20,000 nucleotides of DNA from an uncultured virus (IMG/VR IMGVR_UViG_3300001486_000425) (Duplodnaviria > Heunggongvirae > Uroviricota > Caudoviricetes), in IMG/VR virus record IMGVR_UViG_3300001486_000425; one strand, given 5' to 3'. A model generated the notes under the pieces. It was not told the origin of the DNA and ran no database searches. It saw only the letters and a list, made by a program, of their open reading frames with translations. Positions 1 through 7,762 of the stretch are shown here, one piece after another (position 1 is the stretch's first letter; the number at the start of each line of letters is the position of its first letter). A program made the position numbers and the translations under genes.

Positions 1-213
1 ACATAATTCTTGAGCAATTTTTGTATCATATACAGTCATATCTGCATTTAAAGAACCATTATAAATATATTGATTTTCTCCATCTGTTAATGTAAATTCA
101 TCATGATTTTTACCTTTATAATAATCAGTATTGCCAATATTAACTACTTTTAAAGTTTTAATTTCTCTTTCAACTTCTACATTTTTACCATTTTTAAGTC
201 TAAATGATTTCAT
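1..213 (-). CDS. Hypothetical protein, 5' part only (runs off the window start)
   Basis: Hand-translated: ATG at 213 preceded by AGGAG; open for 71 codons to the window edge (MKSFRLKNGKNVEVEREIKTLK...AQELC). Not in the ORF track. Confidence 0.8.
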   Translation of the reverse strand, partial: MKSFRLKNGKNVEVEREIKTLKVVNIGNTDYYKGKNHDEFTLTDGENQYIYNGSLNADMTVYDTKIAQELC

Positions 214-270
214 ATAATTTCTCCTATTATCCAAATTTAAAAGTTTTATAGCATTTATCGACTAAGTTTC

Positions 271-305
271 GTATAAATCTATATAAAATTATATAAATTT
301 ATATA
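271..305. repeat. Three tandem 10-mers forming an AT-rich hairpin at the tnpB 3' end
   Basis: gtataaatct/atataaaatt/atataaattt at 271-300; perfect palindrome tatataaatttatata at 290-305; the minus-strand RNA can form a ~14-bp stem with one G-U pair. Confidence 0.65.
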
Positions 306-1615
306 TTCTCTTTTATAAGAAGTTTGTTGTTTAAGTCTCCTCCAGAAAATCTGGATAACCTTATTCTTACAGGCGTATCGACTTCGCCTCTACTGTATAA
401 TCCCGCAAGAGATACAACATTACTTTTTCTTAAGATATTTAATGCTCCATTAACATCGGCATTAAGTATTCTACCATCATCAGTTCTATAAAGCCCTCGA
501 CTAATTCTCTTACCTGTGAAATTACCTTGCTTCGGGTTAAGCGGATTCCAGACGGGAATATCATCTTTACCCCAGAAGTTAGCTTTTGATGTGTAGCTTT
601 CTTCCTGCTCTATATAAGTAATTCCATAGATATTACATAAATATCTTAACCGGTTCTTGAATTTACCATAAGGCAACATTACAAACTGCTGGTTATTGAC
701 TTTACCTAGTTTAGTAGAATTCTGGAATCCATCATTATAACCAACTACTATATTACTAATTTGATGGGCAATACAATATTGAATAATGTATTTTGCAGAA
801 CAGTAAATATAATTCTGAACTCTTCTATCTCGCTTAGTTGATAACCTATATTGTTTTGCAGTATATGACTTAATCTTTTGATGATCTTTAATACTTGATA
901 GTCTGGATAACTGCTTATTGTACCATTGATTTATTGATTTAATTTTTCTACCATCAATTATAAAAGATTGACCTTCAGATGTTGCACATGTTGCAAAATT
1001 ATCTACTCCAAAATCAATGCCTAATGCTTTTGCAGAGTCTAATTGAGATTTCTTAATATCCTCATCATTAAATATATATCTAACTTCAAAGTGCTTACCT
1101 TTATATTTAGGTATAATCTGTATCTGATGTAATTTCTTAGCCTTAAGATATTCCGGAAGATTAAGCATAATTTTCAGGTTAGGGTAATCTTCTTTAAGTG
1201 ATCTTGATACAGGTATCTGAAATTTCCCATCTTTAATGTAACTTCCAGTTACATGGACAAATACTATTGGATATAAAGCATCTTTAGGCAAATAATGAGG
1301 TAATTTTACTTTCCAATTAGAGTATATGCCTTGCTTTGTTTTCTTCAGAAGTGCAAAGAAGCTTTTGAAAGATTGGTCAGCTGCTCGCATAGATTGCTGA
1401 GAAATATTCGAACCTAATCTAATATAATTAACTGAAGTTCTCATCTGGTAGAAGTTAGCTTCGTATCTGAGATATGAGCCTTCAGCAAAATAATGCTGAC
1501 GAATATTATAGATTGACTCGTTATAAACATTTTTACTTAAATGACACATCTCTCGCAAATATTCGTATTCTTCTGCAGATAATCCCTTAAGATTAACTTT
1601 CCAAGTTTTCAGCAC
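299..1615 (-). CDS. tnpB: RNA-guided endonuclease TnpB family protein
   Basis: 438 aa. RuvC-I ALGIDFGVDNFAT, RuvC-II region IVVGYN...EQEESYTS, RuvC-III NADVNGALNI; typical N-terminus SKNVYN..YNIRQ..QQ..SFKSFF. GTG start with AAGGAGGTG SD. Confidence 0.95.
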   Translation of the reverse strand: MLKTWKVNLKGLSAEEYEYLREMCHLSKNVYNESIYNIRQHYFAEGSYLRYEANFYQMRTSVNYIRLGSNISQQSMRAADQSFKSFFALLKKTKQGIYSNWKVKLPHYLPKDALYPIVFVHVTGSYIKDGKFQIPVSRSLKEDYPNLKIMLNLPEYLKAKKLHQIQIIPKYKGKHFEVRYIFNDEDIKKSQLDSAKALGIDFGVDNFATCATSEGQSFIIDGRKIKSINQWYNKQLSRLSSIKDHQKIKSYTAKQYRLSTKRDRRVQNYIYCSAKYIIQYCIAHQISNIVVGYNDGFQNSTKLGKVNNQQFVMLPYGKFKNRLRYLCNIYGITYIEQEESYTSKANFWGKDDIPVWNPLNPKQGNFTGKRISRGLYRTDDGRILNADVNGALNILRKSNVVSLAGLYSRGEVDTPVRIRLSRFSGGDLNNKLLIKENI

Positions 1616-1649
1616 TCCCTACACCTCCTTTCTGTATTAGTATATAAGG

Positions 1650-1692
1650 TTATAATAAATAGAATTGTATCATATTATTTATTATAAGTAAA
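1650..1692 (-). promoter_or_regulatory. Putative sigma70/sigmaA promoter for tnpB overlapped by a 12-bp inverted repeat
   Basis: TTTACT (1692-1687), 17-bp spacer, TACAAT (1669-1664) with an extended TG. Perfect IR ttataataaata (1650-1661) / tatttattataa (1676-1687). Confidence 0.55.
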
Positions 1693-1763
1693 TTATGTTA
1701 TAATCGTTATGCTATTTGTGGGATTTGTAATAGTATTTAATTATCTTATATAAATCTTATATT

Positions 1764-2102
1764 TTATTCTTTTCTTGCGATTTTCTTATGTTTTTCAAAA
1801 TCTGGATCTTCTGGCGAAATTAATTTAATCCAAAACATAGTTGCTTTATCCCAAGATACATCTAAATTATATTCATCTTTTATATATTCATTTATTTTTT
1901 CTTGATATTCTTTTGAAACATATACAGTCATTGTGTCTCTTAAACCAGTATAATCTTTTAATCTAGCATATACATACTCACCATTATTGAAACTGTCTAT
2001 AGATAACATAAATGCTGCAGTTTTAAGTAATGTATTATTTATCTTATCAATATCACGTTGTTCAAATATATATTTAATATAACCACGATCCACTGCGTAC
2101 AT
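1764..2102 (-). CDS. Hypothetical protein, paralog of 13727-13972
   Basis: 112 aa, AGGAG SD; aligns by eye with 13727-13972 (DxDKxN..AF..NGE..LKDxTGxRxT..Y...EY). Confidence 0.85.
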   Translation of the reverse strand: MYAVDRGYIKYIFEQRDIDKINNTLLKTAAFMLSIDSFNNGEYVYARLKDYTGLRDTMTVYVSKEYQEKINEYIKDEYNLDVSWDKATMFWIKLISPEDPDFEKHKKIARKE

Positions 2103-2133
2103 ATTTTTTCTCCTTTTTATAAATTAGTAGCTT

Positions 2134-2532
2134 TTAACAAAAATAACGTTCAACTTTATCTATATATGAATTATTAAAGTCTGCTTTAACTATATAATTA
2201 TTTAAACATTCATCAAAGCTATCTATATCAAATACATCATATAAATCACTAAAATCTAAATCATTATCTTCGTCAATATCAGGTTCAGTATTAAAAACAA
2301 ATTCTATATATTTATTACCATTTGTATCTTCTTTTAGACTGTTAATATTTATTTCTGATTGACCAGCTATTTCAAGTGAATGTCTAAAATAACTAGCATA
2401 ATCTGCACTACATAATATAAAATTTTCTATACTAGATTTATAATTTTTATAAAATATTTTTACATCTTTTAATATTTCTTCGTCACTAATATCTTCTGAT
2501 TTACCTTTAAAATAAAATTTTAATGATAACAT
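2134..2532 (-). CDS. Hypothetical acidic protein
   Basis: 132 aa ORF, AAGGAG SD, co-oriented with neighbours. Confidence 0.85.
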   Translation of the reverse strand: MLSLKFYFKGKSEDISDEEILKDVKIFYKNYKSSIENFILCSADYASYFRHSLEIAGQSEININSLKEDTNGNKYIEFVFNTEPDIDEDNDLDFSDLYDVFDIDSFDECLNNYIVKADFNNSYIDKVERYFC

Positions 2533-2545
2533 ATAATTCTCCTTT

Positions 2546-3274
2546 TTATAAAAGTGAAGATAAATATTTACTATATTCTAGCCAATCTTTATTATCTTCC
2601 ATAAGTATTACTACTTTATTAAGTGCCTTTTTAAGATCTCTTAAATTATCTACAACTCGATCAAATGTTATACCTTCATCTTCATTTTTATATACAATAT
2701 TAAATTTAGTATAATCATATATTGTTTTCCATGTATCTGAAATTTTTGGTCCATGCTCTATCATAAAATAAGCATTTGATTTACGAATAAATAAACAATT
2801 ATTATCTTTATAAGTGCTAAATTCTTTTATTTGTGTAAGAAAATTAATACATTTTTTTAATTCAAGCTCCGTAGTATCAGTGTCTAGTACAGTAAATAAT
2901 TCATTTATACAGTTAATTACTTTATTTAATAATTTATTAGAATAACATAATTTACCATTTTCATCTTGTACATTTTTTCTTTCATTAATAAAATCTAATA
3001 ATTTATCTAAATAAAATTTTAATGACGCTGAAATATTTCTTTTATCTTCTGCCCAAGTTCCATGATCTTTTTCTATTTGTATATTTAATGTAACAAATGA
3101 TAAAAATATTCCATTTTCATTAGTATATTTTGAGTTAAAAATTATACCAATATGATTTTCATTTATATAAATTCTAGTATTTTCTTCTTCTGCATCTATT
3201 GTATAATTTTTTAATATTTCAACAAATTTATCATAATTAACATTATTTAATGCGCAATACTCTTTTAAATCCAT
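2546..3274 (-). CDS. Hypothetical protein
   Basis: 242 aa ORF, AAAGGA SD. Confidence 0.85.
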   Translation of the reverse strand: MDLKEYCALNNVNYDKFVEILKNYTIDAEEENTRIYINENHIGIIFNSKYTNENGIFLSFVTLNIQIEKDHGTWAEDKRNISASLKFYLDKLLDFINERKNVQDENGKLCYSNKLLNKVINCINELFTVLDTDTTELELKKCINFLTQIKEFSTYKDNNCLFIRKSNAYFMIEHGPKISDTWKTIYDYTKFNIVYKNEDEGITFDRVVDNLRDLKKALNKVVILMEDNKDWLEYSKYLSSLL

Positions 3275-3359
3275 GCTATATTTCCTTTCATAAATATTTT
3301 ATATACCAGAGTTACCACGTTAATCCCTATGAATTCCCTATATATAATATTATAAATTA

Positions 3360-3707
3360 TTAAGATTTATCTAAAATATTATGAAATTTATTAAATAATT
3401 TTTCAATATTTATGCCTTCTGTACCACCTGATATATATTTACCTTTCCAATATATATCAGCTAGATTATTTAATGGATGATAACAAAATTCACCATTTAC
3501 ATTATTTAAACTAAAATTACAATAATACCAACCATGCCCTCTATAACTACCTTCTTCTACATCTACAGAAAATTCAAGTTTAAATAATTTAATAAAATCA
3601 TCAAGCATACTATCTTCTAATTCAATATTTGCTCTTCCTGTTTGTTTTGTATATTCTTTTGTTTGATTACATTTTTCATTAAGTAAATTTAATAAATCTG
3701 TATTCAT
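3360..3707 (-). CDS. Hypothetical protein
   Basis: 115 aa ORF, GAGGT SD. Confidence 0.85.
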   Translation of the reverse strand: MNTDLLNLLNEKCNQTKEYTKQTGRANIELEDSMLDDFIKLFKLEFSVDVEEGSYRGHGWYYCNFSLNNVNGEFCYHPLNNLADIYWKGKYISGGTEGINIEKLFNKFHNILDKS

Positions 3708-3735
3708 TTTATTTTACCTCATATTTTAATATTAT

Positions 3736-3766
3736 AAAAAATGACCTAGCTATTTGCTAAGTCATT
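3736..3766 (-). terminator. Intrinsic terminator-like hairpin (module copy A)
   Basis: Minus strand AATGACTTAGC-AAATA-GCTAGGTCATT followed by a T run; the single mismatch is a G-U pair. Confidence 0.8.
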
Positions 3767-3803
3767 ATTTTATTTACATACTATTAAAATAAATAACCTT
3801 TTA
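3736..3803 (-). repeat. Conserved intergenic module, copy A
   Basis: TAAAAGGTTATTTATTTTAATAGTATGTA followed by the hairpin; similar to 10846-10912 and 13994-14067. Confidence 0.75.
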
Positions 3804-4259
3804 TCTTACATAATAAATTTCAGGTATTATGTCTTCATTTATCGCTCTCTCTATTCCGCATAAAATTACTTTATGCTCTATATTTATTTTAATTAATTCT
3901 AATCTCATTCTTAAATCATGTCTTGTTAAATATTGGTCGAAATGTTTAATAGTGAGAGTTTCACCTTTTATAGAAATATCTTCATCTAAAAATTTACCAA
4001 ATTTTTTATTTAATTCAATTATAAATTCATTATCTTCTCTTAAATCTGCCCAATTATAAAGATATTCTTGATAAGTTTTACCAAAAACTGTACATTCATT
4101 AGAATTCCAATTATTATCAAATTTATTTTCTATTTCTCTTAGCCATCTGCTTTCACAATATTCAATTAAATTATTTTTATAATCTCTAAAAGTTAAAGTA
4201 TACATATCTAAATCAAAACCTTCTATATAAGGTAATTTTGCAAATTCTAAAATAGTCAT
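3801..4259 (-). CDS. Hypothetical protein
   Basis: 152 aa ORF, AAGGAG SD. Confidence 0.85.
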   Translation of the reverse strand: MTILEFAKLPYIEGFDLDMYTLTFRDYKNNLIEYCESRWLREIENKFDNNWNSNECTVFGKTYQEYLYNWADLREDNEFIIELNKKFGKFLDEDISIKGETLTIKHFDQYLTRHDLRMRLELIKINIEHKVILCGIERAINEDIIPEIYYVR

Positions 4260-4301
4260 AATTATTCTCCTTTTTAATATAATTCTAAAAATTTTTCTAA
4301 A

Positions 4302-5057
4302 TTAAGGATCTAAATCTGAGAAAAATACTTTAGCAGTAATTTCATGCTCTACTTTATAATCTTCAGCTATGTCATTTAACATATCATTAATTACTTCTGC
4401 AAGTTCACCATTTTTTAGTTCTTCCGCAGCATGAGTATTAAGTATTGTATCTATAGACTTATATTTATTATCTTTTACAGAATAATCTGAATCATCCAAT
4501 ATATTTTCTAATACATAGTCTACATATTTACGCATATTATCTTTATTAATATCTATATTATCAATACGTTTTAATTCTTCAATAATTTTATCTGCAGTTT
4601 CTTCTATTATATAATATACAGCATCATGTACAATATAATATCCATCATCTATTTCTTCTTCAACTTCACGACGTACATTATACATAGTATCTTTGAAAGT
4701 GTCATCAATATAACTATCATCTAATTCTATACCTTGTCCTGAAGTCTCTGATATTTCAATATTACCTTCAAATATAATATATTTAGCACCATCTTCTGCC
4801 GCCTTTGTATATTCATAAGTAAAATCATCTTCATCCATAGTAAGAGTGCCTTCAAATGTGCATGGCATTGGATCATGATAACCAAAACTTGTGCATGTAC
4901 CAGATATTTCAATTGTTATATCACCATCATGATCTACATCGTCTACGTCTACTTCAAAATCACTATATCCTTCAGGACATCCAATAGAGTTACGACCAAT
5001 ATTAATATCATTTATTGATATGTCATAAATATCATCACTATCTATTATCATTTTCAT
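4302..5057 (-). CDS. Very acidic hypothetical protein
   Basis: 251 aa; hand count about 67 D+E versus about 19 K+R. Confidence 0.9.
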   Translation of the reverse strand: MKMIIDSDDIYDISINDINIGRNSIGCPEGYSDFEVDVDDVDHDGDITIEISGTCTSFGYHDPMPCTFEGTLTMDEDDFTYEYTKAAEDGAKYIIFEGNIEISETSGQGIELDDSYIDDTFKDTMYNVRREVEEEIDDGYYIVHDAVYYIIEETADKIIEELKRIDNIDINKDNMRKYVDYVLENILDDSDYSVKDNKYKSIDTILNTHAAEELKNGELAEVINDMLNDIAEDYKVEHEITAKVFFSDLDP

Positions 5058-5075
5058 ATCTATTAACTTTCCTTA

Positions 5076-5345
5076 TTACTTCTTACCTATAAACATAGGT
5101 TCAGGCATCTTAATTTTATCTGGTATATCTTCTCTAGAACCATTCCAATCCCAATCAAATGCAGCTACTGATTCATATATAATTCCTTTTGTTTCATCAA
5201 CATAAACAAGAGTATCTCCAGAAGTAACTGTCATTTTTGTATTATTATCTCCACAGAATATTTTTGTATCTGGATTATTAGTTCCTTGTATTATAATTGT
5301 GCCATATACATATTCTGAAAATGCCATAAGCGTTTGTTTTTCCAT
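5076..5345 (-). CDS. Hypothetical protein
   Basis: 89 aa ORF, AAGGAG SD. Confidence 0.85.
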   Translation of the reverse strand: MEKQTLMAFSEYVYGTIIIQGTNNPDTKIFCGDNNTKMTVTSGDTLVYVDETKGIIYESVAAFDWDWNGSREDIPDKIKMPEPMFIGKK

Positions 5346-5363
5346 AATTATTTCTCCTTTTTA

Positions 5364-5861
5364 TTATAGTCCTGGAAATTTTTCATTCATAATATCATCC
5401 ATAGCTGTATCTTCACAATCTTTACATACACGTCTATATCCAACATCTATTATGTTTTGATAACCAACTTCTTTTTTACAATATGAACAAAAATTAGCTT
5501 GATGTGCTGCTTTATATAAAATAGTTTTAAATCCTTCAGTTATATCAAATCTATCTATTGTTCCACCTTCAATAATATCACCATTTTCTTCAGTCGCTAC
5601 AGATACAAATACAGTATTAAAATCAAATTCTACACTCATATAAAAATATAATTGTTTCGTTATATTATTTTCTGTATAAGTCATTTCAGGCAATCGAGCA
5701 ACAATATAAAAACTTATAGATGAATAAGTATAAACATCTGCACCAAAAGCAAAAGCTTCTGCAAAAAATGGTTCAAGTGTTTTTTCATTTGGATGACCTT
5801 TAATATAATCATCTATTTCATCTATAGTTATCTTTTTTACAGTTAAACCAGCTACTTTCAT
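5364..5861 (-). CDS. Hypothetical protein with C-terminal Cys4 zinc ribbon
   Basis: 165 aa; CSYC...CKDC; AGGAG SD. Confidence 0.85.
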   Translation of the reverse strand: MKVAGLTVKKITIDEIDDYIKGHPNEKTLEPFFAEAFAFGADVYTYSSISFYIVARLPEMTYTENNITKQLYFYMSVEFDFNTVFVSVATEENGDIIEGGTIDRFDITEGFKTILYKAAHQANFCSYCKKEVGYQNIIDVGYRRVCKDCEDTAMDDIMNEKFPGL

Positions 5862-5870
5862 ATTTACTCC

Positions 5871-6350
5871 TTAATTATACCAACCAGGTTGTTCATATTT
5901 TCTTTTCATTTCAGGTAAACAATCTTTACAACATCTACCAGCAAAAGAAAATAATGATTGTTCAATATAAGGTGTTTCTTTACCACAAATTGGACAAATA
6001 TTCATTGCTTCTTTTGCAACACTTATTACTGTATTTAATGATAAATTTTCTTTTTGAATTTCAGTAATTTTTTTACCTGCATAAATTTCATCTTGATATG
6101 TCATTGCATCATAAATAATTACATGATTATTATCATATACAGAAATATATAATCCAATAATATTCTCACCTAAATTTTCCATTTTATAAATAATTTCAAT
6201 ATCTGGAGGATTTAAATTAGTATCTTGTAATAAGAAACACGCGCCATTCTCTGAAGCTTCTTTATATAAATTTATTTCAGTAAATTTTTTATTACTATCA
6301 AATAATCTAGGAATTTTACATGCTTCTTCATAAGTAATTATTTTTGACAT
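5871..6350 (-). CDS. Hypothetical protein with C-terminal Cys4 zinc ribbon
   Basis: 159 aa; CPIC...CCKDC; AGGAG SD; resembles adjacent 5364-5861. Confidence 0.85.
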   Translation of the reverse strand: MSKIITYEEACKIPRLFDSNKKFTEINLYKEASENGACFLLQDTNLNPPDIEIIYKMENLGENIIGLYISVYDNNHVIIYDAMTYQDEIYAGKKITEIQKENLSLNTVISVAKEAMNICPICGKETPYIEQSLFSFAGRCCKDCLPEMKRKYEQPGWYN

Positions 6351-6365
6351 ATAAATTCTCCTTTA

Positions 6366-6866
6366 TTATATAATTTTAATTACTTTTGTCGTACATAAAA
6401 AGGCGTCTAAATCTTCATCATATCCAAATATTTGAAACCAATTAGTCTTTTCAATAATATAATCGCAATATTCTTTGCATGTCATAGGTTTAGTATTTCT
6501 AAATTTTCCTAAACGTTCACCACCATGGAAAAGACCAGATAAATCTTGGTCAGTTATAAAATTAGTAAATTTAATTTCTTCACCAACCCAAATTTTTAAT
6601 AATTTATTATATGCTTCATCTTCAGTTAATTTATTAACTTCTTCAGTTGACTTATTATAAAGATCTTCTTCAGTTATTTCATTTAATTTCATGCCTTCAT
6701 TAATAAGCATATTTTGTAATTTTTCTTTGCCTATAATTTTCCAATCTGGATTTTCTATATCACCAGGAAAAGTTGTGTCTGATTCAAATATATATTTTGT
6801 TTGATCATTATTTTTTATTTCATTATTGATTATTTCTAAATTAAGTTCTTGGCCTATTTTTAACAT
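6366..6866 (-). CDS. Hypothetical protein
   Basis: 166 aa ORF, AGGAG SD. Confidence 0.85.
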   Translation of the reverse strand: MLKIGQELNLEIINNEIKNNDQTKYIFESDTTFPGDIENPDWKIIGKEKLQNMLINEGMKLNEITEEDLYNKSTEEVNKLTEDEAYNKLLKIWVGEEIKFTNFITDQDLSGLFHGGERLGKFRNTKPMTCKEYCDYIIEKTNWFQIFGYDEDLDAFLCTTKVIKII

Positions 6867-6880
6867 CTTATTTTTCTCCT

Positions 6881-7087
6881 TTAAATATGATTATCTATAT
6901 ATTCTGCAAGAATTAATCCAAGTGACTCTTGTAATTCTTTTACTTGTGTAAATCTTTTGTAATATTCTTTATCTTGACCATTATCATGCGAAATATAAAT
7001 TTCAGAATGATCATATTCACCATCAGTATTAAAAAATGCTTTTATATTAATGTCAATATCATTTATATCCATTTTAAGTAATTCCAT
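6881..7087 (-). CDS. Small hypothetical protein
   Basis: 68 aa ORF, AAGGA SD, tight packing. Confidence 0.8.
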   Translation of the reverse strand: MELLKMDINDIDINIKAFFNTDGEYDHSEIYISHDNGQDKEYYKRFTQVKELQESLGLILAEYIDNHI

Positions 7088-7097
7088 AATATTATCC

Positions 7098-7322
7098 TTA
7101 AAAAAATCTATTTAAAACATCAATAAAATCACCAATAGTAATAATACCACCTTCTTCATTACCTTGAGGGCAGTTAATACCATTAATTATTACAGAATAT
7201 TCTCCATTTGAATCAGGTTTAATCTGTATTTCTAATGATGCTTTATCAACATTATCAGATTTAGAACCATATTCATCTATACCTGCTTTAAACCAATCTT
7301 TTAATTTTTGATCTTTATTCAT
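7098..7322 (-). CDS. Small hypothetical protein
   Basis: 74 aa ORF, AAGGAG SD. Confidence 0.8.
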   Translation of the reverse strand: MNKDQKLKDWFKAGIDEYGSKSDNVDKASLEIQIKPDSNGEYSVIINGINCPQGNEEGGIITIGDFIDVLNRFF

Positions 7323-7333
7323 ATTATCTCCTT

Positions 7334-7747
7334 TTATATTAAACTATCAATTCTATCCAAAATGTAATCAAAATAATCATCACTTCCACAGTCACCTAAT
7401 TCAACATTATCAGATAAATATTTAGTAATAGTTTTATCTTTTATATGTTCAGTACATTCATCTATATGGTCATCTACAAATTCTGTTATTGGATCTATTG
7501 TATCATAAAATTCTTGACTCAATTCATCTGTTAAATCTTCTACACCATTAGTATCTTCTAATGAAATATCTTTTGCGGCCATATAACCTTCTGCATATGT
7601 GTCCATTTCATCACGATCATCAAATTCATGGCCACCAAGTACTGCACAAGTAATTATATATCCTTTAATAATATCGTCTTCATAATAGTCATATGCACCG
7701 TCTTCTTCTAACCAAGTTCTTAATTCTTCACCAGTTGTTATCTTCAT
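7334..7747 (-). CDS. Extremely acidic small protein (DNA-mimic candidate)
   Basis: 137 aa; hand count about 41 D+E versus about 9 K+R; GAGG SD. Confidence 0.88.
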   Translation of the reverse strand: MKITTGEELRTWLEEDGAYDYYEDDIIKGYIITCAVLGGHEFDDRDEMDTYAEGYMAAKDISLEDTNGVEDLTDELSQEFYDTIDPITEFVDDHIDECTEHIKDKTITKYLSDNVELGDCGSDDYFDYILDRIDSLI

Positions 7748-7762
7748 ATTTTTAATCCTCTT

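Larger units (their letters stand above)
245..1800 (-). mobile_element. Non-autonomous tnpB-only insertion sequence (IS607-like or IS200/IS605-type); boundaries approximate
   Basis: tnpB with no tnpA in the window. The ORF is visibly more GC-rich than its neighbours. Same-orientation ATATAAATYT-like short repeats occur at both flanks (271-300 and 1748-1757). Confidence 0.6.

Noticed and set aside
249..267. Candidate TnpB guide region (CTTAGTCGATAAATGCT) partly matches the hairpin at 10854-10879 (CTTAGTCAATA; ATAAATGCT on the other strand)
   Set aside because: Only 9-11 nt matches in very AT-rich DNA, split over two strands, and the guide boundary and TAM are unknown. Not enough to claim self-targeting.
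1644..1667. Plus-strand AAGGTTAT...AATAGAAT resembling the repeated intergenic motif
   Set aside because: Opposite strand, 4 nt shorter spacing and no associated hairpin; plausible by chance.
248..1715. ATAGCAT (248-254) / ATGCTAT (1709-1715) as terminal inverted repeats of the element
   Set aside because: Only 7 bp and it extends poorly; tnpB-carrying IS families do not normally use terminal IRs.
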